Notes: a model not told the origin generated them from the sequence alone. Shown: positions 10,071 to 20,604, numbered from the stretch's first letter. The stretch is DNA of 64,000 bases from Thermodesulfobacteriota bacterium (GCA_963675595.2 CAXXLZ010000002.1:3904001-3968000), one strand, 5' to 3'. Numbers and translations are program-made.

Positions 10071-10289
10071 ATGGTGCGGCCCTTGTTATGTCCCTTTACG
10101 TTCCCTCGAGGCGACGGACGGTCCTCCTCCTTTGAGGAGCCCACGACATGGCACGCCATGGGGCTGAGGACCGAGGAAGAGGCGGAAGGTCGGCCGTGCC
10201 GGCCCGACTGTGCCCTGTGGATGGACGGCGCCTGCGCTTTCGTGGCCATCGCCCGCAACTTGGCGCTCCAGTCGGAAGAAGAAGAGTGA
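10071..10289 (+). CDS. Small Cys-containing hypothetical protein
   Basis: GGAGG RBS; LCPF...CRPDCALW...CAF pattern; acidic tail. Confidence 0.55.
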   Translation: MVRPLLCPFTFPRGDGRSSSFEEPTTWHAMGLRTEEEAEGRPCRPDCALWMDGACAFVAIARNLALQSEEEE

Positions 10290-10693
10290 CGATGACCTCC
10301 CGAAGCCATGTTCGGTCCATGGCCGCACTCACCGGCTGCGTATCGCGCTGAGCTTCAGTCGGAATGAGAGCGGCGTCGGGGGTTGCTTCTTGCGGAAACG
10401 GGGGTAACGCCGCCTTGCCCGCGAGTCGGGTTTAGGGTCTTAATTCGTCGACGGGAACCCGGAGCGGATGGGCGACCGGCCGCAAGGAAGGTCGCATGCG
10501 TGCGAAAAACGGCCGTCCGGCTTGGTAAGAGATGCTTTATCAAGGTCGCCGAGGGATGCTTGGCGCGGTACGGCGGGCATGTGGCGCTGCAACGAGGCTT
10601 TCGATTTGCGGTCGATTCTTCATGAGTGTCGCGCCGGGGACGCGTCGGAAGAAAAGAAGCGCCCCGGCAACGGTCGGTTGAACCCTTTCGGGA

Positions 10694-11500
10694 TCAGTCG
10701 TCGTACCCGGTGGGCTTGACGTCGACATTCAGTTCGGAAATCCCCTCAATTCCTTCCGTCAACTCTTGGACCTTTTCCGTGGTTCGGTCCAGAGCCTCCA
10801 GGGGCGCCTGGACCACCGCGGCCACTCTCCCGTCGCGCGCGGTCACGGAAACTCGGGGGAAGGAGTCCACAACGGCCGCTTCAACTTCGGCCGCCAGGCA
10901 AAGATCGTCCATGACGCGTTTGGATTCGGGCGTTGTATTGAAATGGGAAAAGGCGACGGCATGGAGCACGATGTCCACCACGTCGTCCACGGTGAGCTTC
11001 CGGATGTGCAGCGTCATGTCGTAGAGCTCGGGGTCTCTCGTATCGATACCGTAAAGATGCATTCCCCATTTGCGGCGCTCTTCGTCGTCCTTTTCCAGCA
11101 ACTTTCGCGCCTTCTCCTCGGAAATATTTTCCCTTTTCATCTCTTCACGGACGCGGTCGGTCATATCGGCCATAATGCGTACTTTGAGTACGTGGGACAC
11201 GTCGTTGACGAAATAATGTCCCGCCAGCCCGTGGTAGACCACGTTATCCTTTTGAAGGTGCTTGAGCAGCGCCGCACGAATATAGGCGACGTATTTGGTC
11301 TTGCCGTAAGAGAAGCGTTCAAGGATCGACGGGGCGTCATGAAGCGCTCGCACCAGTTTGAACTCCGGGGCGCCGAAGTGAGCCGATGCCTCCAGCAATA
11401 CGTCGCGCGAAATGCATTCGTATCCGAGTTCCCGAGCTACCCGCTCCGCCACTTCCTTCCCACGGCTGTATGATCCTCTGGAGATGGTGATAATGGACAT
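10694..11500 (-). CDS. Cytidylate-kinase-like family protein with a C-terminal BON-like domain
   Basis: MSIITISRGSYSRGKEVAERVA, NVVYHGLAGH, DPELYDMTL; GGAG RBS. Confidence 0.85.
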   Translation of the reverse strand: MSIITISRGSYSRGKEVAERVARELGYECISRDVLLEASAHFGAPEFKLVRALHDAPSILERFSYGKTKYVAYIRAALLKHLQKDNVVYHGLAGHYFVNDVSHVLKVRIMADMTDRVREEMKRENISEEKARKLLEKDDEERRKWGMHLYGIDTRDPELYDMTLHIRKLTVDDVVDIVLHAVAFSHFNTTPESKRVMDDLCLAAEVEAAVVDSFPRVSVTARDGRVAAVVQAPLEALDRTTEKVQELTEGIEGISELNVDVKPTGYDD

Positions 11501-11799
11501 CTTGGCTCCCTTTCTTTTGTGGCCGGGTCCCGCTCGAAGCGCCGTCAATTCTTGAACCGCATCATGTGCGGCATGCATTGAGCCTTGGGCGATTGATTCG
11601 GCCGTATCCCATGAATCCGATCAAGATGGGGAAAGGATAGCACGGCTTATTCCCGATTGTCTACGGGGTGCGAATTCATGTAATTGAATTGTTGAATAGG
11701 CGAGACGAGGGGGGAGATCATCCGGGACGAAGAGTCCGCGAGGACGGCGGGTGAATCTTCCGATACCACCCGCCGATGTCATGACATTGCCGGGTTGGG

Positions 11800-12206
11800 C
11801 CCTAGTCCTGGGGCATGAATACCAAGGATACCCCCCGACCTCCGGAATACGAGTCCCCTTCAACCTCCATGCATCCGATGGTCGCACGCTTTCCCATGAT
11901 GTCGTCCGTAAGCTTGTCCGGCGGAATGGTGACGATGTTTCCCATGAGCCATGGGCCTTCGTCCGTTTCCACCATGGCCACCACATAAGGGGTTCTGAAG
12001 GAAGGCGCGGCCACATTGGACACGGTGTAGGTCTTGATGACGCATTTTTTGGACAGTTCCACCAGTTCGCCGTCGGGCGACCCGCATTCCTGGCAAACCA
12101 TGCGGGGAGGGCAGTTCACCTCGCCGCATTTGGAGCATTTGATCCCCATGAGCTTGTTGTCTTTGATGGCCTCGAACCACTCGGCCGCGGTCATTTTGGC
12201 TTTCAT
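11800..12206 (-). CDS. DUF35 Zn-ribbon/OB-fold protein (thiolase partner); ORF track end 11802
   Basis: KCSKCG...PPRMVCQECG, PYVVAMVETDEG; immediately downstream of the thiolase. Confidence 0.88.
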
Positions 12207-12226
12207 CGGACTCTCCTCCTACGCCG

Positions 12227-13399
12227 TTAGTCGATGGTAAACACCGTGTTCACCACGGTGCAGAAGTCGCCGCCCAGGGTGTCCGTAAGCCCGACTTTGG
12301 CGTCTTTGACTTGGCGGTCCCCGCAGTTGCCTCGAAGCTGATTCACGATCTCGTAAGCCTGGGCCACGCCCGTGGCGCCGATGGGATGTCCTTTGGCCTT
12401 GAGCCCACCGGAGGGGTTCACCGGCAGACTGCCGTCCAAAGCGGTTTCTCCGGCCTCGACGGCCTCGTGACCCTCACCCGGTTCGTAAAAACCAAGCATC
12501 TCCGTGGCCACAATTTCCGCCATGGTGAAGCAGTCGTGCAGTTCCACCACGTCCACGTCCTTGGGCGTGATGCCCGCCATGTCGTAGGCCGCTTTGGAGG
12601 ATTCCTGCCGGGCCTTCATGATGGTGAAGTCCTTCTGGGAAATCAGGGAACCGTTGGAGCCCATTCCCACGCCGGCGACGCGAACGGGTTTGTCCACATA
12701 CTGTTTGGCCGTCTCCATGGGGGCCAGTACGATGGCGGCCGCTCCGTCGGAAAAGGGGCAGCAGTCGAAAAGCTGCAACGGGTCGCAAACCATGAAGCTG
12801 TTCAACACCGTGTCCACATCGATGAGCTTCTTGAACTGAGCCAGTTCGTTCTTGTACCCGTTGGCGTGGTTCTTCACCGCCACCTTGGCCATGCGCTCCT
12901 TCAACGTCTTGAGGGGTAGGCCGTACTTGTTCGCGTAGAGCCTTGCCATCATGGCGAAGACTCCGGGAAAGGTGACGCCCGCGAAGAACTCGTATCTGCC
13001 GTCCGAGGCCATGGCGAAAGTCCGTGTGGCGGTGGGCGTGTCCATGGCCAGGGCGCGTTCGACGCCCCCCACCAACACCAGGTCCTTCATGCCTGAAGCC
13101 ACCATCATAAAACCGTTGTAAATGGCCGTGGAACCCGACGCGCAGGCGGCTTCCACTCGAATGGCCGGTGCGCTGTGAGGAATACCCAATTCACCGGCCG
13201 CCATGCCGGCGATGACCATCTGCCCGTCCGTGAAATCTCCCAGGCAGTTGGCCAGGAGCAGTCCCTGGATGTCCTTGCCTTGAATGTTCGACGCCTGAAG
13301 AGCGTCCATACCCGCCTCGGCGAAAAGCTCCACACAACTCTTGGTGTCGTGCTTGCCGAAGGGGGTCATACCCACGCCCAATACGGCCACTTCTCTCAT
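12227..13399 (-). CDS. Thiolase (SCP-x/archaeal type)
   Basis: VEAACASG, VELHDCF, NPSGGLKAKGHPIGATG motifs. Confidence 0.93.
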   Translation of the reverse strand: MREVAVLGVGMTPFGKHDTKSCVELFAEAGMDALQASNIQGKDIQGLLLANCLGDFTDGQMVIAGMAAGELGIPHSAPAIRVEAACASGSTAIYNGFMMVASGMKDLVLVGGVERALAMDTPTATRTFAMASDGRYEFFAGVTFPGVFAMMARLYANKYGLPLKTLKERMAKVAVKNHANGYKNELAQFKKLIDVDTVLNSFMVCDPLQLFDCCPFSDGAAAIVLAPMETAKQYVDKPVRVAGVGMGSNGSLISQKDFTIMKARQESSKAAYDMAGITPKDVDVVELHDCFTMAEIVATEMLGFYEPGEGHEAVEAGETALDGSLPVNPSGGLKAKGHPIGATGVAQAYEIVNQLRGNCGDRQVKDAKVGLTDTLGGDFCTVVNTVFTID

Positions 13400-13487
13400 G
13401 ACTTAGCCTCCCTGTTATGAGTCGTTCGAGGAAGCCGGAGACGGTTTCCCCGATGCTTCCCTAAAAATTCTTCTGTCGGGTTTTCGA

Positions 13488-13510
13488 GGGGCGCTTTCCA
13501 GAAGCGCCCC
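13488..13510. repeat. GC-rich palindromic hairpin (REP-like), copy 1
   Basis: GGGGCGCTT-TCCAG-AAGCGCCCC; same stem as 15711-15743. Confidence 0.55.
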
Positions 13511-13539
13511 CCCGATCTAGATGATCAATACAACGGCCG

Positions 13540-15480
13540 TTAAGGCTCCAAATCTTCGGGTGTGGCCGGTTCCCACATGTCCACGGGCGGGTAATCCGCC
13601 GGATTGATGCCTTCGTCTTCCCAATCGATCCATCTCATGGCGTTGACGCGCATGCGTTTGCCGATCTTGGGCAGCTTGTCCCAGGGCATGTGATACATGC
13701 AGAACTGGTAGGTGGGCGTGCTGAGTTGCGGGTTGCCCACGGTGGGGTCCATCTGCACGTTGAGCACCGCGGGTTGACCCTGCTCGGCCGCCTTGAAGCT
13801 TCGTTCCAGAGCGGGTTTGAATTCCTCCGGCGAGCTCACGTGTTCTCCGTAGCAGCCCAGGAGCTTGTAAATCTCGTGGTACGGGATATCCGGCAGGCTT
13901 TCGGCGCCCATGGGCTGATCCTGGGCTCCCAGGGCTTCCCAGTGGGGACCGTACATCTTCTTGAGCGAGGTGAGCCATCCGTTGTTGTTGTGGACCAGAA
14001 ACACAATGGGCAGCTTGCAGCGCACCGCGGTTTCCACGTCCCATCCGGCCAATCCCATACCCGCGTCTCCCATGAGCGCCAGCACGGGATGGTTCTTGGA
14101 TTCCGGGTCTCCGTAGGCGGCCCCGATGGCCATGCCCACGCCGTGGCCCACGCCGGCCTGTTCCGAGGAATCCATGATCTGTCCGGAGTAGCGGGCTTGG
14201 ACAAAGGGCGGGATAAACGCGGAAATGCTGAACCCGTCCACGATGACCCGGTTCATGCCGTTGTACTTGTCTTCGCACACTTCCCAAAGAGCCTTGCAGG
14301 CCCAACCGGGATGCACCGGAGAATGGGCCGCATACTTATCGGCGCGCGCGAGAAGCTGTTTTCGGGCTTCGGTATGCACGCCGCGCACGGTCTCCAACCA
14401 TTCCCTTCTGCCGGCCGGCGGCTCGAGGCCTTTCTCCTTGACGTAGTCGATCATCTGATTCAGGAACACCTTGGCGTTGGCCAGGGCGGCGAGCTTGGTG
14501 TCCACAAAGGAGTAGATTTGCTGCGGGGACTCATTCACCTGGATGGTCTTGGGCCAGCGTCCTCCGTAACCGTCGAAGAAGCCGATCTTCATGCCCAGGG
14601 AAAGCAGAAGATCGCTCTTCTTGAGCACTCCCTTGGCCGCGCGGGAGCTGAAGAACAGAGGATGAGTTTCGTCCACGGCGCCTCGGCCGATGCGCCGGCC
14701 GGAAACCGGAATCTGAGCCAGTTCGCAGAACTCCGTGAGTTCTTTTCCCGCGGCGGCCCAATGCACGCCGTCGCCGGCGAAAAGTACGGGAGACTTGGCT
14801 TCGTACAAAGCCTGAACGATGCGGGCCACGTCTTTTGGGTCGGCGCCGGAAGCATACGGCTTGCCTATGCCGGCTTCGTTCCATTGCTCCCGGTACAAAG
14901 CGTGTTCGCCGTACATACCGGCTTCCACTCGGGGAGGCACGTCCTTGGTCAACGCGCTCAAAGTGAACTCAAGGCCGATGGGACCGCGAGGATAGGCCAG
15001 GGAATCGTTTACCGCCTTGGTGACGAACCACTTGAACTGACACGGATCGATGACCCGTTGGGTCCATTTGGTGATGCCGTCCATGAGTTTTTCGCCGTAG
15101 GAAACCTGGATCGTATAGGTCTGGTCGTGTTCCGGCTCATGTCCGCCCATGAGTAGGATCACCGGGCTGCACGACAGGTAGGCCTGCTGAATCGCGCTGA
15201 CCGTGTTGGCCACGCCGGGTCCCACCGTGGCGTACGCCACTCCGGGCTTGCCGGTGACTTTGGCGTAGGCCTCGGCCGCGTAGACTCCGGCCTGCTCGTG
15301 ACGCATGGTGATGGTGCGAATTCCGTGAAAGCTCAATTCGTCCACCATGCACCAGATATGGCCTCCATGCACGCCGAAGGCCGTGTCCACGCCGTTTTCC
15401 TTGAGTGCTTCGGCAATGTAGGATGCGGCGTGGGGAATCTGCTCCTTCATGGTGACTTCCGGGACTTGCTCTTCGCTCAT
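13540..15480 (-). CDS. Thiamine-diphosphate-dependent enzyme (2-hydroxyacyl-CoA lyase / oxalyl-CoA decarboxylase / acetolactate-synthase-like)
   Basis: FGVHGGH, RHEQAGVYAA, GPGVAN and the GDAGMG...NN ThDP motif; GGAGG RBS favours ATG 15480 over 15495. Confidence 0.88.
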   Translation of the reverse strand: MSEEQVPEVTMKEQIPHAASYIAEALKENGVDTAFGVHGGHIWCMVDELSFHGIRTITMRHEQAGVYAAEAYAKVTGKPGVAYATVGPGVANTVSAIQQAYLSCSPVILLMGGHEPEHDQTYTIQVSYGEKLMDGITKWTQRVIDPCQFKWFVTKAVNDSLAYPRGPIGLEFTLSALTKDVPPRVEAGMYGEHALYREQWNEAGIGKPYASGADPKDVARIVQALYEAKSPVLFAGDGVHWAAAGKELTEFCELAQIPVSGRRIGRGAVDETHPLFFSSRAAKGVLKKSDLLLSLGMKIGFFDGYGGRWPKTIQVNESPQQIYSFVDTKLAALANAKVFLNQMIDYVKEKGLEPPAGRREWLETVRGVHTEARKQLLARADKYAAHSPVHPGWACKALWEVCEDKYNGMNRVIVDGFSISAFIPPFVQARYSGQIMDSSEQAGVGHGVGMAIGAAYGDPESKNHPVLALMGDAGMGLAGWDVETAVRCKLPIVFLVHNNNGWLTSLKKMYGPHWEALGAQDQPMGAESLPDIPYHEIYKLLGCYGEHVSSPEEFKPALERSFKAAEQGQPAVLNVQMDPTVGNPQLSTPTYQFCMYHMPWDKLPKIGKRMRVNAMRWIDWEDEGINPADYPPVDMWEPATPEDLEP

Positions 15481-15710
15481 GTGTTGTTCCTCCATGTTCG
15501 ATTACCGTAAACCGTCTTCGGACCGCCAAACCGTTCTTTGACGGATCGACAAAGTCTGTTTTCCAAATCCTATTTCATTTCGGGGAGGCAAACCCGTTGT
15601 GCAAAAGACCGTTAGGCCTGATTTTTGGTTGTTCCCGGCGCTCCACCGCAGCGGCGGTTCGGCCGCCGGAGGCGGGGTGCCGCCGCCACGTTTAAACGTT
15701 TTGCGGGGGG

Positions 15711-15743
15711 CCGGGGGGCGCTTTTTCCAAAAGCGCCCCCCGG
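15711..15743. repeat. GC-rich palindromic hairpin (REP-like/terminator), copy 2
   Basis: CCGGGGGGCGCTTTT-TCC-AAAAGCGCCCCCCGG, a perfect 15-bp stem. Confidence 0.6.
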
Positions 15744-15766
15744 TGTAGTGAATTTTTTCCGGCCTG

Positions 15767-16924
15767 TTAGAGGGTGCCCGCCAGGACGAGCTTCTGAATC
15801 TGCGTAGTCCCTTCGTAGATTTGGGTGATCTTGGCATCCCGCATCATGCGTTCCACCGGATATTCTTTGATGTATCCGTACCCGCCCAGCACCTGGACGG
15901 CTTCGGTGGTAACCTTCATGGCCGTGTCGGAAGCAAAATTCTTGCTTGCGGAAGAATACCGAATGACTTCGGGCGATACGCGGGAAAGGTCTCTGGGGAC
16001 TTCTTCGAGCAAAGTGGCCGTCTTGTAGAGGAGTTCGCGGGCGGCCAGGACCTGGATGGTCATATCGGCCAAGAGAAAGGCCAATCCTTGTTGCTGCAGA
16101 ATGGGACGGCCGAATTGCTCCCGTTCCTTGGCGTACTGAACGGCGTAATCCAGGGCCCCGTCGGCGATACCCAGCGCCTGAGCGGCCACCGAGGGTCTGG
16201 TGAAATCCAGGGTCTTCATGACGATGGAGAATCCTTTGCCTTCCCCGGCCAGCAGGTTTTCCGCCGGTACGCGGCAATTTTCGAACAGCAGTTCCACGGT
16301 GCTGGACGCCCGAATTCCCATCTTATCTTCCTTCTTTCCAATGGAAAATCCGGGAGTTCCCTTTTCCACGATGAACACGCCGAGTCCTTTGTTGCCCGGA
16401 AGTTCAGGGTTGGTTCGGGCGGTCACGGTGAGCACGTCGGCCACGTCGCCATGCGTGATGAAGCACTTTCTGCCGTCCAGCACGTAGGAATCTCCGTCCC
16501 GGACCGCCTTGGTGCGAATGCCGCCCACGTCGGAGCCTGCTCCGGGTTCGGTGAGTCCGAAGGCGATCAGCTTGGAACCTTCCGCCAGATCGGGGAAGAA
16601 GCGTTGCTTCTGTTCGTCGTTGCCCGCCAGGGAGATGGGCATGGTGCCGAGTTCGTGCACCAGGGGAATCACCGAAGTGGAAGCACAGACGCGGGCGATT
16701 TCTTCGATGATAATGCAGCAGCTCAGGAAACCCATTTCCGCGCCCCCGTAGGTTTCCGGGAAGTCTGCGGCGAACAGGCCGTTTTCTTTAAGCAGGTCCG
16801 ACATTTCGTGTGAGAATACCCCTTCTTCGTCGCGTTTCGCCGCGCCGGGGGCGATCTTTTCCTTGGCCAGCCTTCGGACCGTATCTTTGAGCATGAGTTG
16901 TTCTTCACTCAGCGTGTAGCTCAT
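15767..16924 (-). CDS. Acyl-CoA dehydrogenase
   Basis: FGLTEPGAGSD, GKKEDKMGIRAS, REQFGRPI, GGYGY...ERMMRDAKITQIYEGT; start MSYTLSEEQ with AGGAG RBS. Confidence 0.95.
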   Translation of the reverse strand: MSYTLSEEQLMLKDTVRRLAKEKIAPGAAKRDEEGVFSHEMSDLLKENGLFAADFPETYGGAEMGFLSCCIIIEEIARVCASTSVIPLVHELGTMPISLAGNDEQKQRFFPDLAEGSKLIAFGLTEPGAGSDVGGIRTKAVRDGDSYVLDGRKCFITHGDVADVLTVTARTNPELPGNKGLGVFIVEKGTPGFSIGKKEDKMGIRASSTVELLFENCRVPAENLLAGEGKGFSIVMKTLDFTRPSVAAQALGIADGALDYAVQYAKEREQFGRPILQQQGLAFLLADMTIQVLAARELLYKTATLLEEVPRDLSRVSPEVIRYSSASKNFASDTAMKVTTEAVQVLGGYGYIKEYPVERMMRDAKITQIYEGTTQIQKLVLAGTL

Positions 16925-17128
16925 GAGGGGCTCCTTTCCATGTGGTCCCTTGGAAGCGGTTTGGTTCAGGGTTCGTGAGCGGATCCGCCGACCGGTTTTC
17001 TCCATAATCCGGGAAGCATGGGACCGGTACGGATTGGTCAATCGCCTGTCCGTCGGTGAGGCCGTGCGACCAGGGGTCGATCCGCGATCTGTTTTCCGTT
17101 TTCAGACATACTGGAACGGCCCGAAAAG

Positions 17129-17145
17129 ATCATGAATCGTGCCAA
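17129..17145 (-). promoter_or_regulatory. Candidate sigma54 (-24/-12) promoter for the acyl-CoA dehydrogenase unit
   Basis: Minus strand TTGGCACG-ATTC-ATGAT: perfect -24 box, imperfect -12 (GA instead of GC). Confidence 0.4.
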
Positions 17146-17346
17146 GGAAGAATGTTTAGTAAAACAAGGGGGTTGTGTGCTGTGTGCGAGTGACGGCGAA
17201 ATCCGGCTCCGGGTCGTTTCGGACCAAATGGCGGGGACGGCAAGTGGGGCGATGGGGATTTTTGTCGTGAAAACAGACGGATAAGGTGGGTCGATCGGAC
17301 CCATTTGGTTGGTGCGAGAGGGCCGGAGAGCCTCGGAAGGCGGTGG

Positions 17347-18090
17347 TCAAGTCTTGAAAAAGACCGTGAGACCCTGCCGGAATCGGGGGATGAGGGCTTC
17401 TACGGTTCGTTCCACGAGATTCCTGTAGGCATGCGGCCAGTAGCGGCAATACTCCTTTTTCCACAGGGACAGTCCCAGGGAGCGTCCGAAGCGCTCCACC
17501 TCGGTCATGGTGTATTCCCGGAGGTGTTCCTTGAATTGCAGGTCCGTTCCGGGAATTTCGAAGGGATTCCTGCCGAAGAGCATCTGCATTCGTTTTCCAA
17601 TGGCCACGGCGTTGGGGGTCTGGATCAACAATCCGCCGTCACGGTCTTTCAATAGGCTTCTGAGTAATTGGAGCGGCAGGTTGGGCGAGATGGGGATATG
17701 TTCGATAATCTCGCAGAATACGATGAGGTCGAAGGGCGCTTTCTTGAAGCTCACCGGCTTCTTCCGGGCGCACTCGATCAGGTCGTAGGGTTGGTGTTCT
17801 TCCATAAGGCAAAGAGGGACCAGTTTCGGATATTCGTATCCCAACGTGGAAACCGATACTTGAGGGCTCACCAGTTCTCTGATGCAGCGGGTGAGAAAAT
17901 GGGGCCCCACGTCCAGTACCTTCCTTGCACCGTATTCCATGCAGAATTCCTGGACCAGGTTCACGGCGTAGGCCAGCCGTTTGGACTGCTGTTTCAGGTA
18001 GACTCGTTCTTCCTCCGTAAGCTCCAAATGGGAGAATAGGGATTCGATGTCCTCCGCCGATCGCTTGATGATTGGTTGGTGGGTGTGCAT
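17347..18090 (-). CDS. Class I SAM-dependent methyltransferase-like protein
   Basis: KVLDVGP, FDLIVFCEIIEH, GGLLIQTPN, HLREYT motifs; ATG 18090 with GGAGG RBS. Confidence 0.75.
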   Translation of the reverse strand: MHTHQPIIKRSAEDIESLFSHLELTEEERVYLKQQSKRLAYAVNLVQEFCMEYGARKVLDVGPHFLTRCIRELVSPQVSVSTLGYEYPKLVPLCLMEEHQPYDLIECARKKPVSFKKAPFDLIVFCEIIEHIPISPNLPLQLLRSLLKDRDGGLLIQTPNAVAIGKRMQMLFGRNPFEIPGTDLQFKEHLREYTMTEVERFGRSLGLSLWKKEYCRYWPHAYRNLVERTVEALIPRFRQGLTVFFKT

Positions 18091-18542
18091 AAGGTGGCCT
18101 CCGAAAAATGGTTCGGCTTCCCGATGGGCCGCTCTTTCCACGGCAGTCGAAGAAATTATATTCCGGCTAAAAATAATAGTCTATTGACGAAATCATGATT
18201 TTAACTCATGAAAATCGCTACATTTCTTGGCGAATTTCGTGATATGCGCTTGAATAAACCGGTACCTAAAATTATCTATACAGCGCGGCGGGCGGTGCTT
18301 TGGAAGTCGAGTCGAAAGCCTTCGCCGGCCCGTGCCGGAAGATCGCATAGGTGTCCCATGTTCAACTTTGCCGGCGGTCCCGGCTTGCATGTTCCGCGGA
18401 AGGCGCATAAAGTGGCGGGACGCGTTCCCGGAACCCGGAGAGGCCGGGTACGGCGATTGGAGCCCCACGACGACCGTTGGGGAAGATCGAAGAAATGTTT
18501 TCGTATCATCAGGCAGTGATGGGATTGTGGCCGGACGTCGTC

Positions 18543-19571
18543 ATGCAGATCGGTAATCTAACCATCGAGCCGCCGGTGTTCCTCGCCCCTATGGCGGGTT
18601 ATACGGACATGGCTTTTCGGCTCCCGGCACGGGAGCACGGGTGCGGTCTGGTGTTCTCCGAGATGGTGAGCGCCAAGGGACTCCAGCTGAAGCAGGGCAG
18701 GACCTCGGCCTATTTGCGCAATGATCCCGAAGAATTTCCTCTGGCCGTTCAGCTTTTCGGCACGGAGCCGGAAGTCCTGGCCCAGGGTGCGATGAAGGCA
18801 CGGGAGGCCGGGGCCGCGGTGATCGATCTGAACATGGGGTGTCCCGTGCGCAAGGTCACCAAGAAAGGGGCGGGGGCCGCGCTGATGAAAACCCCGGAAT
18901 TGATCCAACGGATTTTGGACCGTGTTCGCCGGGCCGTGGACTGTCCCCTGACCGTGAAAATCCGCCTGGGGTGGGATTCGTCCACCATCAACCATCTCGA
19001 AGTGGGACGCATCGCGCAAGACTGCGGCGTGGACGCCGTGACTCTGCACGGGCGGACCGCCAAGTCCCTGTTCACCGGGCAGGCGGATTGGGACGCGGTT
19101 CGCGCGTTGAAGGAACATCTGGATATTCCGGTGGTGGGCAACGGAGACGTGACTCGCCCGGAACAGGTACTCGAGATGATGGCGCACACCGGGTGCGACG
19201 CGGTCATGGTGGGTCGGGCGTCCATGGGGAATCCCTGGTTCTTTCAGAGAGCGGCGGCCCTGCTGGAGGGGCGTCCCGACTTCGAACCCGATCTCGATGA
19301 GCGGGAGCGGATGATTCGCAGGCATTTCGAACTGCTGTTGCGGCTCTACCAACCCATCAAGGCCGTGCGAAAGCTCAGGACGCACATCATGCACTACACG
19401 CGCGGGCTGCCGTATGGTTCGACGTTTCGGGGCAAAATCCAACGGGTGGATGACGAAAAGGTGTTGTTCTCCGAGCTGTCCGCCTATTTCGAAGCGGTGA
19501 AAGAGCACGGATCCGAGGAAGACCCTCCGGAAAGAGATTCCGGGGACCTCCTTCGATGCGTTTCAGCTTGA
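18543..19571 (+). CDS. dusB: tRNA-dihydrouridine synthase DusB
   Basis: LAPMAGYTD, IDLNMGCP, VKIRLGW, LHGRT, GNGDV, MVGRASMGNPW. Confidence 0.93.
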   Translation: MQIGNLTIEPPVFLAPMAGYTDMAFRLPAREHGCGLVFSEMVSAKGLQLKQGRTSAYLRNDPEEFPLAVQLFGTEPEVLAQGAMKAREAGAAVIDLNMGCPVRKVTKKGAGAALMKTPELIQRILDRVRRAVDCPLTVKIRLGWDSSTINHLEVGRIAQDCGVDAVTLHGRTAKSLFTGQADWDAVRALKEHLDIPVVGNGDVTRPEQVLEMMAHTGCDAVMVGRASMGNPWFFQRAAALLEGRPDFEPDLDERERMIRRHFELLLRLYQPIKAVRKLRTHIMHYTRGLPYGSTFRGKIQRVDDEKVLFSELSAYFEAVKEHGSEEDPPERDSGDLLRCVSA

Positions 19572-19623
19572 GGAAGGGTGAAACCGACGCCATGCGCGAT
19601 CAGGCCTTGTCTATGGAACTGCG

Positions 19624-20538
19624 ATGACACGTGAATACCAACGCGGAACGTCTTTGTTGTTCAAATCCATGCCGGGCCTGGACGACTCGGAAGAGGATCG
19701 CGTACCCGCTTCCGTGACTCGGGTGATGGATGGGCACGTGCACGTGTTTCCCGACCAAATATTGCGGGCCATTCGCAAATGGTTCGATGCGCACGCCTGG
19801 CCAATCCGGTACCTATTGACTGCGCAGGAGACGCTTGATTTTCTGTTTTCGCACGGGATCGACCGGATTGGGGCGCTACAATACGCGCACAAACCGGGTA
19901 TCGCTCGGGAACTGAATTCGTTCCTGGCTCGGCTGTGCGCCGACAACGAACGAGTGATCGGCATGGCCACCGTGTTTCCCGGAGAAAGGGATGCGCGAGG
20001 GATTTTGGAGGAAGGTTTTCGTCTCGGCCTGGCCGGAGTGAAGCTGCACTCCCACGTTCAATGCTTCCATATGGACGGTGAGGCCATGCACGAAATCTAT
20101 GATGTTTGCGCAAAGCACGAAAAACCGCTGATCATGCATGTGGGTCGGGAACCCAAGAGCGACGCTTACGCTTGCGATCCTTACGAGCTGTGTTCGGCGG
20201 ACAGAGTGGAAAACGTGCTGGAACGATATCCCGGTCTCCGCCTGTGCGTACCTCACTTGGGCGCCGACGAGTTCTCCGCCTACCGAAGCCTGCTTGAACG
20301 CTTCGATCATCTCTGGGTGGACACCACCATGATGTTGGCGGACTACTTTCCGTTTTCCATTGATTCCGATTTTCGAGGCATGAGAACGGATCGAATCATG
20401 TACGGCACGGACTTCCCCAACATTCCCTACGCCTGGGATCGGGAGCTCAAACGTTTGGCGGCCTTCGAACTTTCCGAGGATGTGCGGGACCGCATCCTGT
20501 TTGGAAACGCCATGGAGTTTTTCCGCATCCGTTTGTGA
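19624..20538 (+). CDS. Amidohydrolase_2 family metal-dependent hydrolase
   Basis: DGHVHVF, GVKLH, MHVG, VPHLG, MYGTDFP. Confidence 0.9.
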   Translation: MTREYQRGTSLLFKSMPGLDDSEEDRVPASVTRVMDGHVHVFPDQILRAIRKWFDAHAWPIRYLLTAQETLDFLFSHGIDRIGALQYAHKPGIARELNSFLARLCADNERVIGMATVFPGERDARGILEEGFRLGLAGVKLHSHVQCFHMDGEAMHEIYDVCAKHEKPLIMHVGREPKSDAYACDPYELCSADRVENVLERYPGLRLCVPHLGADEFSAYRSLLERFDHLWVDTTMMLADYFPFSIDSDFRGMRTDRIMYGTDFPNIPYAWDRELKRLAAFELSEDVRDRILFGNAMEFFRIRL

Positions 20539-20604
20539 AAAGCCGAAGTCTGCGTCCGCCGCGAACAGCCGATATAAGACGGATAGACCGAAAGGGGTTC
20601 AAAC

